Positions 11,461 through 23,205 of a stretch of 64,000 bases of DNA are shown here, one piece after another. Position numbers and translations under genes: made by a program. The first letter of the stretch is position 1; the number at the start of each line of letters is the position of its first letter. A model generated the notes under the pieces. It worked only from the letters and a program-made list of their open reading frames with translations. It searched no databases and was not told the origin of the DNA. The DNA is from Microcystaceae cyanobacterium (lineage in GTDB: Bacteria > Cyanobacteriota > Cyanobacteriia > Cyanobacteriales > Microcystaceae): the NCBI GenBank assembly GCA_041746575.1, contig JBGTGT010000133.1, positions 42,848 through 106,847 of the forward strand. The letters are read 5' to 3'.

Positions 11461-11546
11461 TTCCTATTATGTAACAAAACATTACAAATTGCAAACTTTT
11501 TTGCAAGTTTATTGACATCCATTTTTTTGTATGATAATCATTAATC

Positions 11547-12467
11547 ATGTTAGAGAGTCATCAAATCAAGGAACAAGCCAGAGAAATAGGCTTTCATCTG
11601 ATAGGAATTGCCTCACTTGAATCTCAGGAACAAGATAACGCTGTTAATCACTTAAAAACTTGGTTAAATAAAGGATATCAAGCTGATATGGCGTGGATGA
11701 GCGATCCTCGTCGTCAAGAGATTTGTCAAGTCATGCCGGATGTGCAATCCGTGATCTCGGTAGGGTTAAATTATTACACCCCTCATCAACAGCCGCAAGA
11801 GGCGGAATACGCTAAAATTTCCCGTTACGGATGGGGCAGAGACTACCATCGAGTAATGACGAAAAAATTGAAAGCTCTCAATCGATGGTTGCAAGCACAA
11901 GATACGCAGATTAAAACGCGTTATTACGTAGATACGGGGTCAATTCAGGATAAAGCATGGGCGCAACGCTCTGGATTGGGCTGGATTGGCAAAAATAGTA
12001 ATGTGATTAGTCGTCATTATGGCAGTTGGTTGTTTTTAGGTGAAATTCTGATTAATATCCCGCTAATCCCCGATAAACCCCATAGCGATCATTGTGGTAC
12101 TTGTACCCGTTGTTTAGATGCTTGTCCAACGAAGGCAATTCCTCAACCTTATTTTGTGGATGCTAATCGCTGTATTGCTTATCATACCATCGAAAATCGC
12201 TCAGAAACTTTGCCAGAAGACCTAATTTCCCACTTTAACGGCTGGGTGGCTGGATGCGATATTTGTCAAGAGGTGTGTCCTTGGAATCAACGCTTTGCTA
12301 AAGAGACGGATATTAAAGATTTTCAGCCCTATCCCTCCAATATTAAGGTCAAACTCAGGGAATTAGCCCAGATTTCCGATGAAGAATGGGATCAACGCTT
12401 TCGGGGGTCGGCACTTCGACGGATTAAACCGTCTATGTTGAGACGTAATGCTTCTGCTAATTTATAG
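11547..12467 (+). CDS. queG: Epoxyqueuosine reductase
   Basis: ISRYGWGRDYH, CGTCTRCLDACPT, GCDICQEVCPWN. Confidence 0.95.
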   Translation: MLESHQIKEQAREIGFHLIGIASLESQEQDNAVNHLKTWLNKGYQADMAWMSDPRRQEICQVMPDVQSVISVGLNYYTPHQQPQEAEYAKISRYGWGRDYHRVMTKKLKALNRWLQAQDTQIKTRYYVDTGSIQDKAWAQRSGLGWIGKNSNVISRHYGSWLFLGEILINIPLIPDKPHSDHCGTCTRCLDACPTKAIPQPYFVDANRCIAYHTIENRSETLPEDLISHFNGWVAGCDICQEVCPWNQRFAKETDIKDFQPYPSNIKVKLRELAQISDEEWDQRFRGSALRRIKPSMLRRNASANL

Positions 12468-12509
12468 TATATTAAAGATAGATAAAATTGGTCACAATTT
12501 AACTTTCCC

Positions 12510-13172
12510 ATGGTTTTAAAAGTCATTGTCTTTGATTTCGATGGCACAATTGCAGATACTTATGATGCGTTTGTTGAAATTGTTAATGAACTATCAGGAG
12601 AGTTTGGCTATCGACCTGTTGGACTTAACGATTTAGAACGATTAAAAAATCTTAGTTCAAGAGAAATTGTCAGAGAATCTAATATTTCTCTAATCAAAAT
12701 TCCCTTCATTCTCAAAAGAGTCAAAACTGAATTAAATAAAAGGGTCAAGAAACTAACCCCCATTGAGGGAATTCAATCCTGTCTTATTTTCTTAAAAGAA
12801 AAGGGCTATCATTTAGGAATTATTACTTCAAATAGCAAAGAAAATGTCACTGCTTTTTTGGAAAAAAATAAATTAGCAGAAACCTTTGATTTTATTTGCT
12901 CTGGAACAACTTTATTTGGTAAACATAAGATTATCAATCAAGTCTTGAAAAAGGGTAAGCTTCAGCCCAGTGAATTAATTTATATTGGCGACGAAACCCG
13001 TGATATTCAATCTGCTCAAAAAAGTAAAATTCAGGTGATAGCCGTAGGTTGGGGCTTTAATTCTCCTGAAGTTTTAGCCAGATATCAACCTGATTTTTTA
13101 GCGAAAACACCTCAAGATTTAATCATAATTGTTCAACAATTAGAGAGCAATATGCAACCCGTTTTATCCTAA
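12510..13172 (+). CDS. HAD-superfamily hydrolase (phosphoglycolate phosphatase-like)
   Basis: FDFDGT, YIGDETRD. Confidence 0.9.
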   Translation: MVLKVIVFDFDGTIADTYDAFVEIVNELSGEFGYRPVGLNDLERLKNLSSREIVRESNISLIKIPFILKRVKTELNKRVKKLTPIEGIQSCLIFLKEKGYHLGIITSNSKENVTAFLEKNKLAETFDFICSGTTLFGKHKIINQVLKKGKLQPSELIYIGDETRDIQSAQKSKIQVIAVGWGFNSPEVLARYQPDFLAKTPQDLIIIVQQLESNMQPVLS

Positions 13173-13239
13173 AATTAATCTAAGTATTAGAATAGAAAAA
13201 TTCAAATGTAACTCAGCTTATTATTATCGTGTAATTTCC

Positions 13240-13759
13240 ATGAATGATTTAACTTACTACACCTTAATGGCGAATTATAATCAATGGATGAATCAAAAGC
13301 TCTATGGGGTGTGTGACCAAATTTCCGATCAAGAGAGAAAGTCCGACAGAGGGGCTTTTTTTCGCTCAATTCACGGAACTTTAAATCATTTACTCTACGG
13401 TGATAAAGCTTGGATGGGGCGTTTTACTGAACAACCTTTCTACGTTCCAAATTGGGGACAAATGATGTACGACGATTTTGAATTGCTAAAACAAGAACGC
13501 CAAAAAGTTGACCAACAAATGATTGAATGGACTAACAACCTTAACTTCTGAATGGTTAGAGCAGTTGTTTTCTTATACTAGCAACGTCGATCAAAAAACT
13601 CGTCTCCTACCGACATGGATTCTCGTTACTCATCTGTTTAACCATCAAACCCATCATCGTGGACAGCTAACAACGCTACTCACCCAACTCGGTTACGATA
13701 TAGGGGTGACTGATATTCCTTGGTTACCGACGCTACAGGGCGAAGAAGCTCAATATTAA
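13240..13759 (+). pseudogene. DinB/YfiT-family protein split by a +1 frameshift
   Basis: YNQWMN and SIHGTLNH in the first frame, HLFNHQTHHRGQ in the second; one extra C at 13539-13540. Confidence 0.85.
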
Positions 13760-14019
13760 TATCTCTGCTCCGTTTCAAGCTGTTGAACGGCCACAAAACA
13801 CTCACCAGGCAGTAAAATAGGATGATTATTAAAAATCAACTGTCCTCGATGAGTATTGCGATGAATGGCAATGCCAAAGGGACGACGGTTTTGCTTAGAG
13901 TGTAGAATACAAAAAGTCCGATAAATACGACGGGCAGACCGTAAAAGGGAAGGATCAAGCAGAAGGGGAATTTCTGCTTCGTGGGTCTGCTTCTCAGTTT
14001 CATCAGAGACGTTAATCAC
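13756..14019 (-). CDS. Small conserved hypothetical protein
   Basis: GTG start with GAGGAG RBS; ARRIYRT...RGQLIF..PILLPGECFV. Confidence 0.75.
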   Translation of the reverse strand: MINVSDETEKQTHEAEIPLLLDPSLLRSARRIYRTFCILHSKQNRRPFGIAIHRNTHRGQLIFNNHPILLPGECFVAVQQLETEQRY

Positions 14020-14230
14020 CGTTCTAGCTCCTCAAGTTACAATAATTATCGCTATATTATTTTGCTATTTTAATAGACAAATCCTAAAGACGAATAAACA
14101 GGATGTTAAGATTCCTCAACTTAAAACCGTTCGTCTATCCTACTCTCGCTCTTTTATAACGGACGAGAACGGTTGACTCCTGTTATAATTGACAAAAAAG
14201 CTGACTGAAATTCGTGTGCCGTTGTGATTT

Positions 14231-15832
14231 ATGAGCAATCAACCTGACCGCATCATCATTTTTGATACGACTCTTCGAGATGGAGAACAATCTCCGGGTG
14301 CCGCTTTAACCGTTGACGAAAAGCTGACCATCGCTCGCGCACTGGCACGATTAGGGGTTGATATCATTGAGGCAGGATTCCCTTACGCCAGTCAAGGGGA
14401 TTTTACGGCGGTTCAGTCCGTTGCCCGTCTGTTTGACACAGAAAATAGCCCTCGCATTTGTGGTTTAGCCCGCGCCGCCAAAAATGACATCAAACGAGCG
14501 GCAGAAGCCTTAGAACCCGCCGCAAAGCCTCGAATCCATACTTTTCTCGCTACATCAGACATTCATCTTGAATATAAACTGAAAAAAAGCCGTGCCGAAG
14601 TTCTGCAAATTGTGCCGGAAATGGTGGCTTATGCGAAGTCTTTTGTGGACGATGTAGAATTTTCCCCCGAAGACGCAGGACGCAGTGACCCAGAATTCCT
14701 TTATCAAATCTTAGAGGCGGCGATTGCGGCAGGAGCAACTACGGTTAATATCCCCGATACCGTTGGTTATACAACCCCTAGCGAATTTGGGGCGTTAATT
14801 GGCGGAATTAAAAAAAATGTGCCTAATATTGACCAAGCGATTATTTCTGTTCATGGTCACGATGATTTAGGGTTAGCGGTAGCGAATTTTCTAGAGGCGG
14901 TTAAAAATGGGGCGCGTCAACTGGAATGTACCATCAATGGCATCGGTGAAAGGGCAGGGAATGCGGCCTTAGAAGAACTGGTGATGGCTCTTCATGTGCG
15001 TCGTCAATATTTCAACCCCTTTTTGGGTAAATCCGTTGATTCTACTGAACCTTTAACCAATATTAAAACCAAAGAAATTTATAAAACCTCCCGTCTCGTG
15101 TCCAGTTTGACAGGGATGGTGGTGCAACCCAATAAGGCAATCGTTGGGGCAAATGCTTTTGCTCACGAATCGGGAATTCACCAAGATGGGGTACTCAAGC
15201 ACAAGCTAACCTATGAAATTATGGATGCAGAGTCCATCGGGTTAACGAATAATCAAATTGTCTTAGGTAAACTGTCGGGGCGCAATGCCTTCCGTACTCG
15301 TTTGCAAGAATTGGGCTTTGAACTCTCAGAGACGGAGTTAAATAAAGCTTTCTTACGCTTTAAGGAAGTAGCAGACAAGAAAAAAGAAATTACTGATTGG
15401 GACTTAGAAGCTATCGTTAACGATGAAATTCAACAAGCCCCCGAATTATTCCGTTTGGAGCTAGTTCAAGTCTCCTGTGGCGATCATGCGTCCCCTACTG
15501 CCACCGTAACCCTTCGCACTCCTGAAGGCAACGAATTAACCGATGCGGCAATTGGGACAGGTCCTGTCGATGCGGTATATAAAGCGATTAATCGGGTGAT
15601 TAATATCCCCAATGAATTGATTGAATATTCCGTTAAATCCGTCACGGCGGGTATTGATGCGATGGGAGAAGTAACCATTCGTCTCCGTCATAATCATCGC
15701 ACCTATTCCGGTTATTCAGCCAACACAGATATTATTGTGGCTTCTGCGCGAGCGTATGTTACTGCCTTAAATCGTCTTTATCAGGCGATAGAAACTGAAA
15801 AACAAGAACAAAAAACCATTGCTTCGGTTTGA
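14231..15832 (+). CDS. leuA: 2-isopropylmalate synthase
   Basis: [28 protein letters not shown], regulatory-domain GPVDA. Confidence 0.97.
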   Translation: MSNQPDRIIIFDTTLRDGEQSPGAALTVDEKLTIARALARLGVDIIEAGFPYASQGDFTAVQSVARLFDTENSPRICGLARAAKNDIKRAAEALEPAAKPRIHTFLATSDIHLEYKLKKSRAEVLQIVPEMVAYAKSFVDDVEFSPEDAGRSDPEFLYQILEAAIAAGATTVNIPDTVGYTTPSEFGALIGGIKKNVPNIDQAIISVHGHDDLGLAVANFLEAVKNGARQLECTINGIGERAGNAALEELVMALHVRRQYFNPFLGKSVDSTEPLTNIKTKEIYKTSRLVSSLTGMVVQPNKAIVGANAFAHESGIHQDGVLKHKLTYEIMDAESIGLTNNQIVLGKLSGRNAFRTRLQELGFELSETELNKAFLRFKEVADKKKEITDWDLEAIVNDEIQQAPELFRLELVQVSCGDHASPTATVTLRTPEGNELTDAAIGTGPVDAVYKAINRVINIPNELIEYSVKSVTAGIDAMGEVTIRLRHNHRTYSGYSANTDIIVASARAYVTALNRLYQAIETEKQEQKTIASV

Positions 15833-16391
15833 GCTTCATCGGGTGGGTTTTTACCCACTCATTGATTGGATTGCTTTTAAGGGCAGGGGATGGGTTGTTT
15901 GGTAGTAAACGAGATTAATTTTAGGAGAGCGTGACTTTTAATCCTTAATGAAAAGGGTAAGTTAACATACATAACTCGTTTGAGAATTTCTGTATATCTT
16001 CTTGAAATTAATGCAATGTATAATAATAATTATTTACTTAAGATTTATTAAACGCTTCTCTCTGAAACCGGATTGAGAAAACAGCGTTCTCAAGAAAAGA
16101 TTGCATTCGTCTAAAATTAATCTAGCGATCGCTTACAGCATAACACCTGAGCTTCGAATTACATTATAATGAGTTAAGTCTCTCAAGATTTTTAGGAAAT
16201 AGTGAAAGTAAAGTGAGAGGCGAGGTTATGGGTTAAGCAAGATTTAGGAAATTTACTTTTTCATTTAGAGAACGAAATTGGCGAGGATATTGATAGTTTC
16301 CTGAAGTTTACTTCTATTTGGACTAATAAAAGTGGGAAAGATTAGCTTTCGGCGCAATCTCAATAAATAAGAAATTTTGGTAGAGTATTTT

Positions 16392-17030
16392 ATGATTCAA
16401 CGTCGACGAAAACGCTCTTTACAAGGCCTAAGAAAGCTGTTATTTTTGGTACTGACAACAACAGCGTTTATGATTTATCCTGTCCTTGCTCAAATTCAGT
16501 ATCCCACCGTTGAGCAAAATGGTTTATCTGCCAAACCAGAACTAGAAGAAGGAAAAGTTATTCTAAACGGGAGTAAGGGACAATATACGGGATATGTAGT
16601 TGTGAAAGCAAGTTTACCTTCAATTTGGCAAACTTTGACGGATTATGATAATTTTGAGAAATATATGCCCAATGTAATTGAAAGCAATCTCTTAGAAAGT
16701 CGAGGGAATTACAGAGTTTTTGAACAAGTACAAGTTTTTCGGTTTCTCCTGTTTTCTCGAAAAGCTAAAGTAAAGATTGTCGTCACTGAAGACTATCCTA
16801 AACTCATTAAGTTTAAAGTGATTGAAGGCGAAGTAAAAAAGCTACAAGGTTCGTGGCAAATTGAACCCATAGATTCTGATACATATTTAATTACTCATCA
16901 AGTCAGTGTAGAGCCTGATATTGAATCGAGTTTTAATCAGGATTTGTTCTTTACTGTTTACGAAGATACAATCGAAAAAACGTTAGCGGTTATTTATCAA
17001 GAATCTGCTAGACGTTCAAACGGGCGTTAA
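16392..17030 (+). CDS. SRPBCC / polyketide cyclase family protein
   Basis: IWQTLTDYDNFEKYMPNV, LQGSWQIEP; start uncertain. Confidence 0.85.
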   Translation: MIQRRRKRSLQGLRKLLFLVLTTTAFMIYPVLAQIQYPTVEQNGLSAKPELEEGKVILNGSKGQYTGYVVVKASLPSIWQTLTDYDNFEKYMPNVIESNLLESRGNYRVFEQVQVFRFLLFSRKAKVKIVVTEDYPKLIKFKVIEGEVKKLQGSWQIEPIDSDTYLITHQVSVEPDIESSFNQDLFFTVYEDTIEKTLAVIYQESARRSNGR

Positions 17031-17514
17031 TTTTTTAACTTTATAAGATTTATATTTATCGTCATTATTTTTCTCTGGATAGAATCATTATAAAGAGCGA
17101 TCGCATTTCAACCTATCCCCTTCTTCTCCTAGCAATCTTCGTTCAATTCTTTTAGATTCATTCTCTAATAGCCATAATTTCGCTTCTTCACCCTTATTCT
17201 ATCTTAGGGTTTAAGCAAAAGAATTAGGTTGGGAAGTACACTCTTTTTTAATTATTACCCTGTTTCCTCATCCTAATCAACGCTTGACGTTAAATAGGAC
17301 AAATATTGCTAGTTTTCACCCTAATAACTTAAATAAAGCTTTTAAAGCTATACTATAAAGTAACTTTAACCATTGTCTCTAAACAAAGATTAATTTAACG
17401 ATACAAACTTTTTATAACTTCTTTTGAACAGTTCTTCGTCGCTAAAACAGACAAAATGAGCTTATAATTTTCTTGGGCTTTATAAATAAAATTGTTATAC
17501 TTACAGGAATTTTA

Positions 17515-18237
17515 ATGATTTACCTCCCTAAATTTGGTCGACATTTCTTAATCATATTGGGTATCGTACTTTTTCTCCGTTTAATCGGGATGAATCCAGC
17601 AATGGCACAAGACGTAGCATTACGGACATTAACGGTAACAGGACAAGGAATTGAAAGAATTCCCACGACATTAACTCAAGTCCAGCTTGGGGTGGAAATT
17701 CAGGGAAAAACAGCAACAGAAGTACAGCAAGAAATCGCTAAACATACCTCAGCCATTATTGATTTTTTACGCACTCGTCAGGTAGAAAGGCTAGAAACAA
17801 CTGGAATTCGTTTACAACCTAACTATCAATACGATAATAATCAACGGCAATTAGTGGGTTATATTGGCGAAAATACGGTTAGTTTTCGTCTTCCAACCGA
17901 GAAAGTAGGAGCTTTGTTAGATGAAGCTGTCAAAGCAGGAGCAACTCGCATTGATGGGGTGAATTTTACGGCGACTGAAGAGGCGATTTCTGAAGCACAA
18001 AAAGAAGCCCTCCGTCAAGCTACGATAGACGCACAGCAACAGGCGGAGGCAGTTTTAAATGCTTTAAATTTTAAGGCGAAGGAAGTTGTCAGTATTCAAG
18101 TCAATGAAGCTAATGTGCCTCAACCAAGAATGATTCAAGCAGAACAACAGTTCAGAAGTGCTGCTAAAGATAGCACACCCGTCATTGGTGGAGAGCAGAG
18201 CGTGAAAGCTTCTATCACTCTGCAAATTAGCTACTAA
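17515..18237 (+). CDS. SIMPL / DUF541 family periplasmic protein
   Basis: TLTVTGQG, LLDEAVKAGATRIDGVNF; start uncertain. Confidence 0.88.
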   Translation: MIYLPKFGRHFLIILGIVLFLRLIGMNPAMAQDVALRTLTVTGQGIERIPTTLTQVQLGVEIQGKTATEVQQEIAKHTSAIIDFLRTRQVERLETTGIRLQPNYQYDNNQRQLVGYIGENTVSFRLPTEKVGALLDEAVKAGATRIDGVNFTATEEAISEAQKEALRQATIDAQQQAEAVLNALNFKAKEVVSIQVNEANVPQPRMIQAEQQFRSAAKDSTPVIGGEQSVKASITLQISY

Positions 18238-18386
18238 AATTTTTGAGCCGTCATACTTAAACAGTAGAAATTCAAGGCACCGTTAAATAGCGATCGCTGA
18301 TTCTAAAAAACTTCCGTAACTTTGCCCCATCAGTTAGCCTATCCGTCACCATAGAAGAAGGAAAGCCATAATTATAATTAAGCCCA

Positions 18387-20114
18387 ATGTTACAACACGA
18401 TGTCATTATTATCGGTGGTGGACTCGCAGGATGTCGCGCCGCCTTAGAAATTAAACGCCTCAATCCTGATACCGATGTTGCCGTTATCGCCAAAACTCAC
18501 CCAATTCGCTCTCATTCTGTGGCCGCACAGGGAGGAATGGCCGCTACGCTTAAGAATGTTGACCCAGAGGACTCATGGCAAGCTCATGCCTTTGATACCG
18601 TTAAAGGATCAGATTACTTAGCAGACCAAGATGCTGTAGCCATTTTAACCCAAGAAGCTCCTGAGGTCATTATTGATCTCGAACACATGGGGGTGTTATT
18701 CTCCCGTTTAGAAGATGGAAAGATTGCACAACGTGCTTTTGGAGGGCATTCTCACAAACGCACCTGCTATGCCGCCGATAAGACAGGACACGCCATCTTA
18801 CACGAATTGGTCAGTAATTTACACCGCAATGGGGTACATATTTATGATGAGTGGTATGTCATGCAGTTAATTCTTGAAGACGGAGAAGCCAAAGGCGTTG
18901 TTATGTACCATATTGGTGAGGGACAACTTGAAGTCGTACAAGCAAAGGTGACGATGTTTGCCACAGGAGGGTATGGCAGGGTATTTAATACCACCTCTAA
19001 CGATTTTGCCTCAACAGGGGACGGTTTAGCCATGTCTGCAATGGCAGGTATTCCTCTCGAAGATATGGAGTTTGTGCAGTTTCATCCGACGGGATTGTAT
19101 CCAGTTGGTGTATTAATTTCTGAAGCTGTACGGGGAGAGGGTGCTTACTTACGAAACAGTGAAGGAGAGCGTTTTATGGAGCGGTATGCCCCAAATCAGA
19201 TGGAATTAGCCCCTCGTGATATTACTTCTCGCGCAATTACCCGTGAAATTCGGGCAGGAAGAGGCATTAACCCCAATGGAAGTGCAGGGGGGAATTTTGT
19301 CTATCTAGATTTAACCCACATGGGAAAAGAGAAGATAATGAGTCGTGTTCCCTTTTGTTGGGAAGAAGCACACCGTTTAGTCGGGGTAGATGCAGTTATC
19401 GAACCGATGCCTGTTCGCCCAACGGCTCACTACTGTATGGGGGGAGTTCCCGTTACGACGGATGGTAGAGTGCGCCGCAGTGGGGATAAACTGACAGAAG
19501 GATTTTTTGCCGCCGGAGAATGCGCCTGTGTATCAGTACATGGTGCGAATCGTTTAGGGAGCAATTCTTTGTTAGAATGTGTGGTGTATGGTCGTCGCAC
19601 GGGTGCTAAAATTGCCGAATATGTGAAATATCGTAAGTTTCCTGAAATTGATGAACAGCAGTATTTAGGCATTGCTAAAATCCATATTCAAAGCCTTTTA
19701 GAGCAAAAAGGAAGCATCCGCATTAATGAATTACGGCAACAATTTCAAGATTGTATGACTAATCATTGTGGCGTTTTTCGGACAGAAGAAGTAATGCAGG
19801 AAGGCATCCATCAAATCCAACAATTAAAGGAAAAATACCTACAAATTTATCTTGATGATAAGTCAACCTGTTGGAATCAAGAGTTAATTGAAGCGATGGA
19901 ATTACAGAGTATTTTAGTGGTGGGAGAATTAATTTTAACATCTGCGATTAATCGTCAAGAAAGTCGCGGCGCACACTCAAGAGAAGATTATCCCAATCGT
20001 GATGATAGCCAGTTTTTACGGCATACTTTAGCTTACTATTCATCTACGGGAATTGATATTCAATATATGCCTGTTGTCGTGAATATGTTCGAACCGAAGG
20101 AGCGAAAGTATTAA
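18387..20114 (+). CDS. sdhA: Succinate dehydrogenase / fumarate reductase flavoprotein subunit
   Basis: RSHSVAAQGG, QFHPTG, HGANRLGSNSL, RQESRGAH. Confidence 0.95.
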   Translation: MLQHDVIIIGGGLAGCRAALEIKRLNPDTDVAVIAKTHPIRSHSVAAQGGMAATLKNVDPEDSWQAHAFDTVKGSDYLADQDAVAILTQEAPEVIIDLEHMGVLFSRLEDGKIAQRAFGGHSHKRTCYAADKTGHAILHELVSNLHRNGVHIYDEWYVMQLILEDGEAKGVVMYHIGEGQLEVVQAKVTMFATGGYGRVFNTTSNDFASTGDGLAMSAMAGIPLEDMEFVQFHPTGLYPVGVLISEAVRGEGAYLRNSEGERFMERYAPNQMELAPRDITSRAITREIRAGRGINPNGSAGGNFVYLDLTHMGKEKIMSRVPFCWEEAHRLVGVDAVIEPMPVRPTAHYCMGGVPVTTDGRVRRSGDKLTEGFFAAGECACVSVHGANRLGSNSLLECVVYGRRTGAKIAEYVKYRKFPEIDEQQYLGIAKIHIQSLLEQKGSIRINELRQQFQDCMTNHCGVFRTEEVMQEGIHQIQQLKEKYLQIYLDDKSTCWNQELIEAMELQSILVVGELILTSAINRQESRGAHSREDYPNRDDSQFLRHTLAYYSSTGIDIQYMPVVVNMFEPKERKY

Positions 20115-20261
20115 AAAATCATAAAATCCTGTTTATGGTTTATTATCTCGTGTGAGATAACTGCGGCTGTCTATTTTGTTGAAATTATGATAGGATTAGC
20201 GTTCTAGACAACACCCAATACAAAATAACAATGTCAGACCCCATTTACTAAAGTTAAAACA

Positions 20262-21614
20262 ATGGCTCAAGCAAAAAATAAGGCAACTGATAATTATATT
20301 CCACCTCAAAATATTGATGCCGAAGAATCTATCTTAGGAGGAATTTTACTGTATGAAGATGCAATTGGGAGAGTGATAGATTTAATTGCCATAGATGCCT
20401 TTTACGTCCCCAACCATCGCAAAATCTACGAAGCCATTTTACAGTTACATTCTCAAGGACAACCCACAGATTTCGTGACGATAACCAGTTGGTTAAAAGA
20501 CCATCATCTCTTAGATGAAATTGGCGGTATGGCAAAATTAACTCAATTGGTTGATCGTACAGTATCTGCTGTTAATATTGATCGGTATGCTTTGTTAGTG
20601 ATGGATAAATATATCCGTCGTCAATTAATTTCATCGGGTCACGAAATTGTCGAACTTGGCTATGATACCACCCAAGAATTAGATACCGTTTTAGATGAAT
20701 CGGAGCAAAAAATCTTTCGTCTGACACAAAAACAACCCCAAGCCGGCTTAATTCCTATCTCGGAAACTTTAGTTCAAACCTTTAATGAATTAGAGAAGTT
20801 ATATCAAAAAACAGCAAGTTCGGGGTTAGTTACAGATTTTTATGACATTGACGCAATGACAGGGGGATTACAACGTGCTGATTTAATTATTATAGCGGGA
20901 AGACCTTCAATGGGAAAAACCGCTTTTGGCTTAAGTTTAGGGTTAAGAATTGCGAAGAAACATGAACTTCCGGTTGCTGTTTTTAGTTTGGAAATGTCCA
21001 AAGAGCAACTTGTATTGAGATTATTAGCCAGTGAAGCAAGAATTGATAGTAACCGTTTGCGAACAGGTCACTTTTCCCAAAATGAATTAGAGCCGTTAAA
21101 TAAAGCTATGTCAGAATTAGCTATCCTCCCTATTTCTATTGATGATGCCTCCAATATTACGGTTATGCAAATTCGATCCCAAGTCCGTCGCTTACAGTCT
21201 GAAAATAAGGGAGAAATCGGTTTAGTTTTGATTGATTATTTACAATTAATGGAAGGTAGTAGTGATAATCGTGTACAGGAATTATCAAAAATTACTCGTT
21301 CATTAAAAGGATTAGCAAGAGAAATCAATGCTCCTGTTATTGCTTTATCACAGTTAAGTCGTGCCGTAGAATCTCGAACTAACAAACGTCCAATGATGTC
21401 AGATTTACGAGAAAGTGGTTCAATTGAACAAGATGCAGATTTAATTATAATGTTATACCGCGACGAATATTACAATCCAGATACACCAGATCGAGGCATC
21501 GCTGAAATTAATATTGTTAAACACCGTAACGGTCCGACAGGCATCCGAAGGCTAATTTTTCAACCCGAATTTACTCAATTTGAAAATCTACAACAGTATG
21601 GCAGTGACTATTAA
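20262..21614 (+). CDS. dnaB: Replicative DNA helicase (no intein)
   Basis: GRPSMGKT, DYLQL, SQLSR, DLRESGSIEQDAD, KHRNGPTG. Confidence 0.97.
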   Translation: MAQAKNKATDNYIPPQNIDAEESILGGILLYEDAIGRVIDLIAIDAFYVPNHRKIYEAILQLHSQGQPTDFVTITSWLKDHHLLDEIGGMAKLTQLVDRTVSAVNIDRYALLVMDKYIRRQLISSGHEIVELGYDTTQELDTVLDESEQKIFRLTQKQPQAGLIPISETLVQTFNELEKLYQKTASSGLVTDFYDIDAMTGGLQRADLIIIAGRPSMGKTAFGLSLGLRIAKKHELPVAVFSLEMSKEQLVLRLLASEARIDSNRLRTGHFSQNELEPLNKAMSELAILPISIDDASNITVMQIRSQVRRLQSENKGEIGLVLIDYLQLMEGSSDNRVQELSKITRSLKGLAREINAPVIALSQLSRAVESRTNKRPMMSDLRESGSIEQDADLIIMLYRDEYYNPDTPDRGIAEINIVKHRNGPTGIRRLIFQPEFTQFENLQQYGSDY

Positions 21615-23178
21615 GCAATTGACGAAAAAAACTTTTTACTCCTTAATTTTTTTAACAGGAATTGCTATCTGTTTGGGGATCATTTTTAGATTGTCAAATC
21701 TCGATTATAAAGTTTTTTGGCACGATGAAATTCATAGTCAATTTCATATCGCAGGCTATTATTTTTTTGAACTTCATCAAGGTGTTTTTAACGGAAAAAT
21801 TTTACATCCTCAAGATTTACAGTATTATTTGCATCTCAATCCTCAACGTGATTTTATTGATACCCTTAAAAGTCTAGCGGTAGATGATCCTCATCATCCC
21901 CCTTTGTACTATATTTTTGCTCGATTTTGGTTACAGATATTTGGTGATAATATTGCTATTTTAAGGAGCTTTTCTGTCTTTATTAGTCTGTTGATGTTGC
22001 CTGTTGCCTATTTTTTAAGCCAAGAAGCTTTCAACAATCAAAAAATTAGTCTAATTTTTGTTTCCTTGATTTCCCTTTCTCCTCTATTTGTGTTGTATGC
22101 ACAAGAGGCAAGAGAGTATTCTTTATGGGGGTTATTGATTCTTCTTTCCTATCTCTGTTTATTGAAAGCTCTAAAGGTTCAATCCTTGACATCAAGTTTA
22201 AGCAATTGGGGATTGTATACCTTAACAATAATCGCGGGACTTTATACGTCTGCTTTAATGATTTTAGTCATTTTTGCTCAATTTATTTATGTTATTTTAA
22301 CCACACAATGGACAAAACAACGCGTCTTTTTTTACCCTTTATCTTTATCTCTGACAGGATTTGCCTTTTTACCTTGGTTTCTCATTTTTATCAATAACTA
22401 CGCTGTTTATAAAGCGGCTAACGCTTGGATGTCTGAGACGATGATATCATGGCAAGAAATACTACAAAAAATTAGTATTAACCTTAGTCGTTTATTTCTT
22501 TTGATTAATCCGGATAGTCGTTTAGATATAATGATGATGCTAATCATTCCTCTTGTATCATTAATACTTTATGCCATTTATTATTTAATAACTCACCACG
22601 CAACTTATCCCTCTAAAATATTTTTATTAACCTTTGCATTTATGCCATTTTTAGGATTATTATTACCTGATTTACTTTTTGGAGGGATCCGTTCTATCAT
22701 TCCTCGTTATTTAATTCCTACTTGGCTAGGATTATTATTTATTTTATCTTATACCTTAGGTTTATTCTCTGAGAAAAAAACAGGTCAACAAATTTTAGGA
22801 TTACTCTTATTTTTCAGTATTATCTCTAATATTATCAATCTTCAATCAGATACTGCATGGACGAAAGATATTAATTACCAATTGCCTCAAGTCGCCCAAT
22901 TAATTAATGATAGTTCATCTCCTCTCGTAGTTGGCGATGATAAAAGTTACCATCCCGGCACATGGTTTGCCTTAAGTTATTTGCTTGATTCTGATGTAAA
23001 ATTACAATTACTCTCGAATACAGAAAACTATCAACTGCCCTCCTCTTTCAAAACAATTTATTTGCTGAATCTCCCCGATGAATTTAAGCTCAACTTGCAA
23101 CCTTATCAAACTTCGACTTTTGAAAAAGTCTTTCAAAATGATGCACTCTGGTTATGGAAAATTGTAAGAAAACAGTAA
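21598..23178 (+). CDS. GT39/ArnT-like membrane glycosyltransferase
   Basis: WHDE, HPPLYY, YAQEAREYSL; many TM helices. Confidence 0.88.
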   Translation: MAVTIKQLTKKTFYSLIFLTGIAICLGIIFRLSNLDYKVFWHDEIHSQFHIAGYYFFELHQGVFNGKILHPQDLQYYLHLNPQRDFIDTLKSLAVDDPHHPPLYYIFARFWLQIFGDNIAILRSFSVFISLLMLPVAYFLSQEAFNNQKISLIFVSLISLSPLFVLYAQEAREYSLWGLLILLSYLCLLKALKVQSLTSSLSNWGLYTLTIIAGLYTSALMILVIFAQFIYVILTTQWTKQRVFFYPLSLSLTGFAFLPWFLIFINNYAVYKAANAWMSETMISWQEILQKISINLSRLFLLINPDSRLDIMMMLIIPLVSLILYAIYYLITHHATYPSKIFLLTFAFMPFLGLLLPDLLFGGIRSIIPRYLIPTWLGLLFILSYTLGLFSEKKTGQQILGLLLFFSIISNIINLQSDTAWTKDINYQLPQVAQLINDSSSPLVVGDDKSYHPGTWFALSYLLDSDVKLQLLSNTENYQLPSSFKTIYLLNLPDEFKLNLQPYQTSTFEKVFQNDALWLWKIVRKQ

Positions 23179-23205
23179 ATTAGAGCATAAAAAGATATCT
23201 TAATA

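Noticed and set aside
11255..11515. 86-aa plus-strand ORF
   Set aside because: Runs through a terminator and promoter boxes of the opposite strand and has non-coding-like composition
15833..16390. Long AT-rich intergenic region as an ncRNA
   Set aside because: Only a short hairpin after leuA; no recognisable RNA family or promoter-terminator pair
21400..21440. Intein in dnaB
   Set aside because: ESG/SIEQ is contiguous and the protein is 450 aa, so the allele is intein-free
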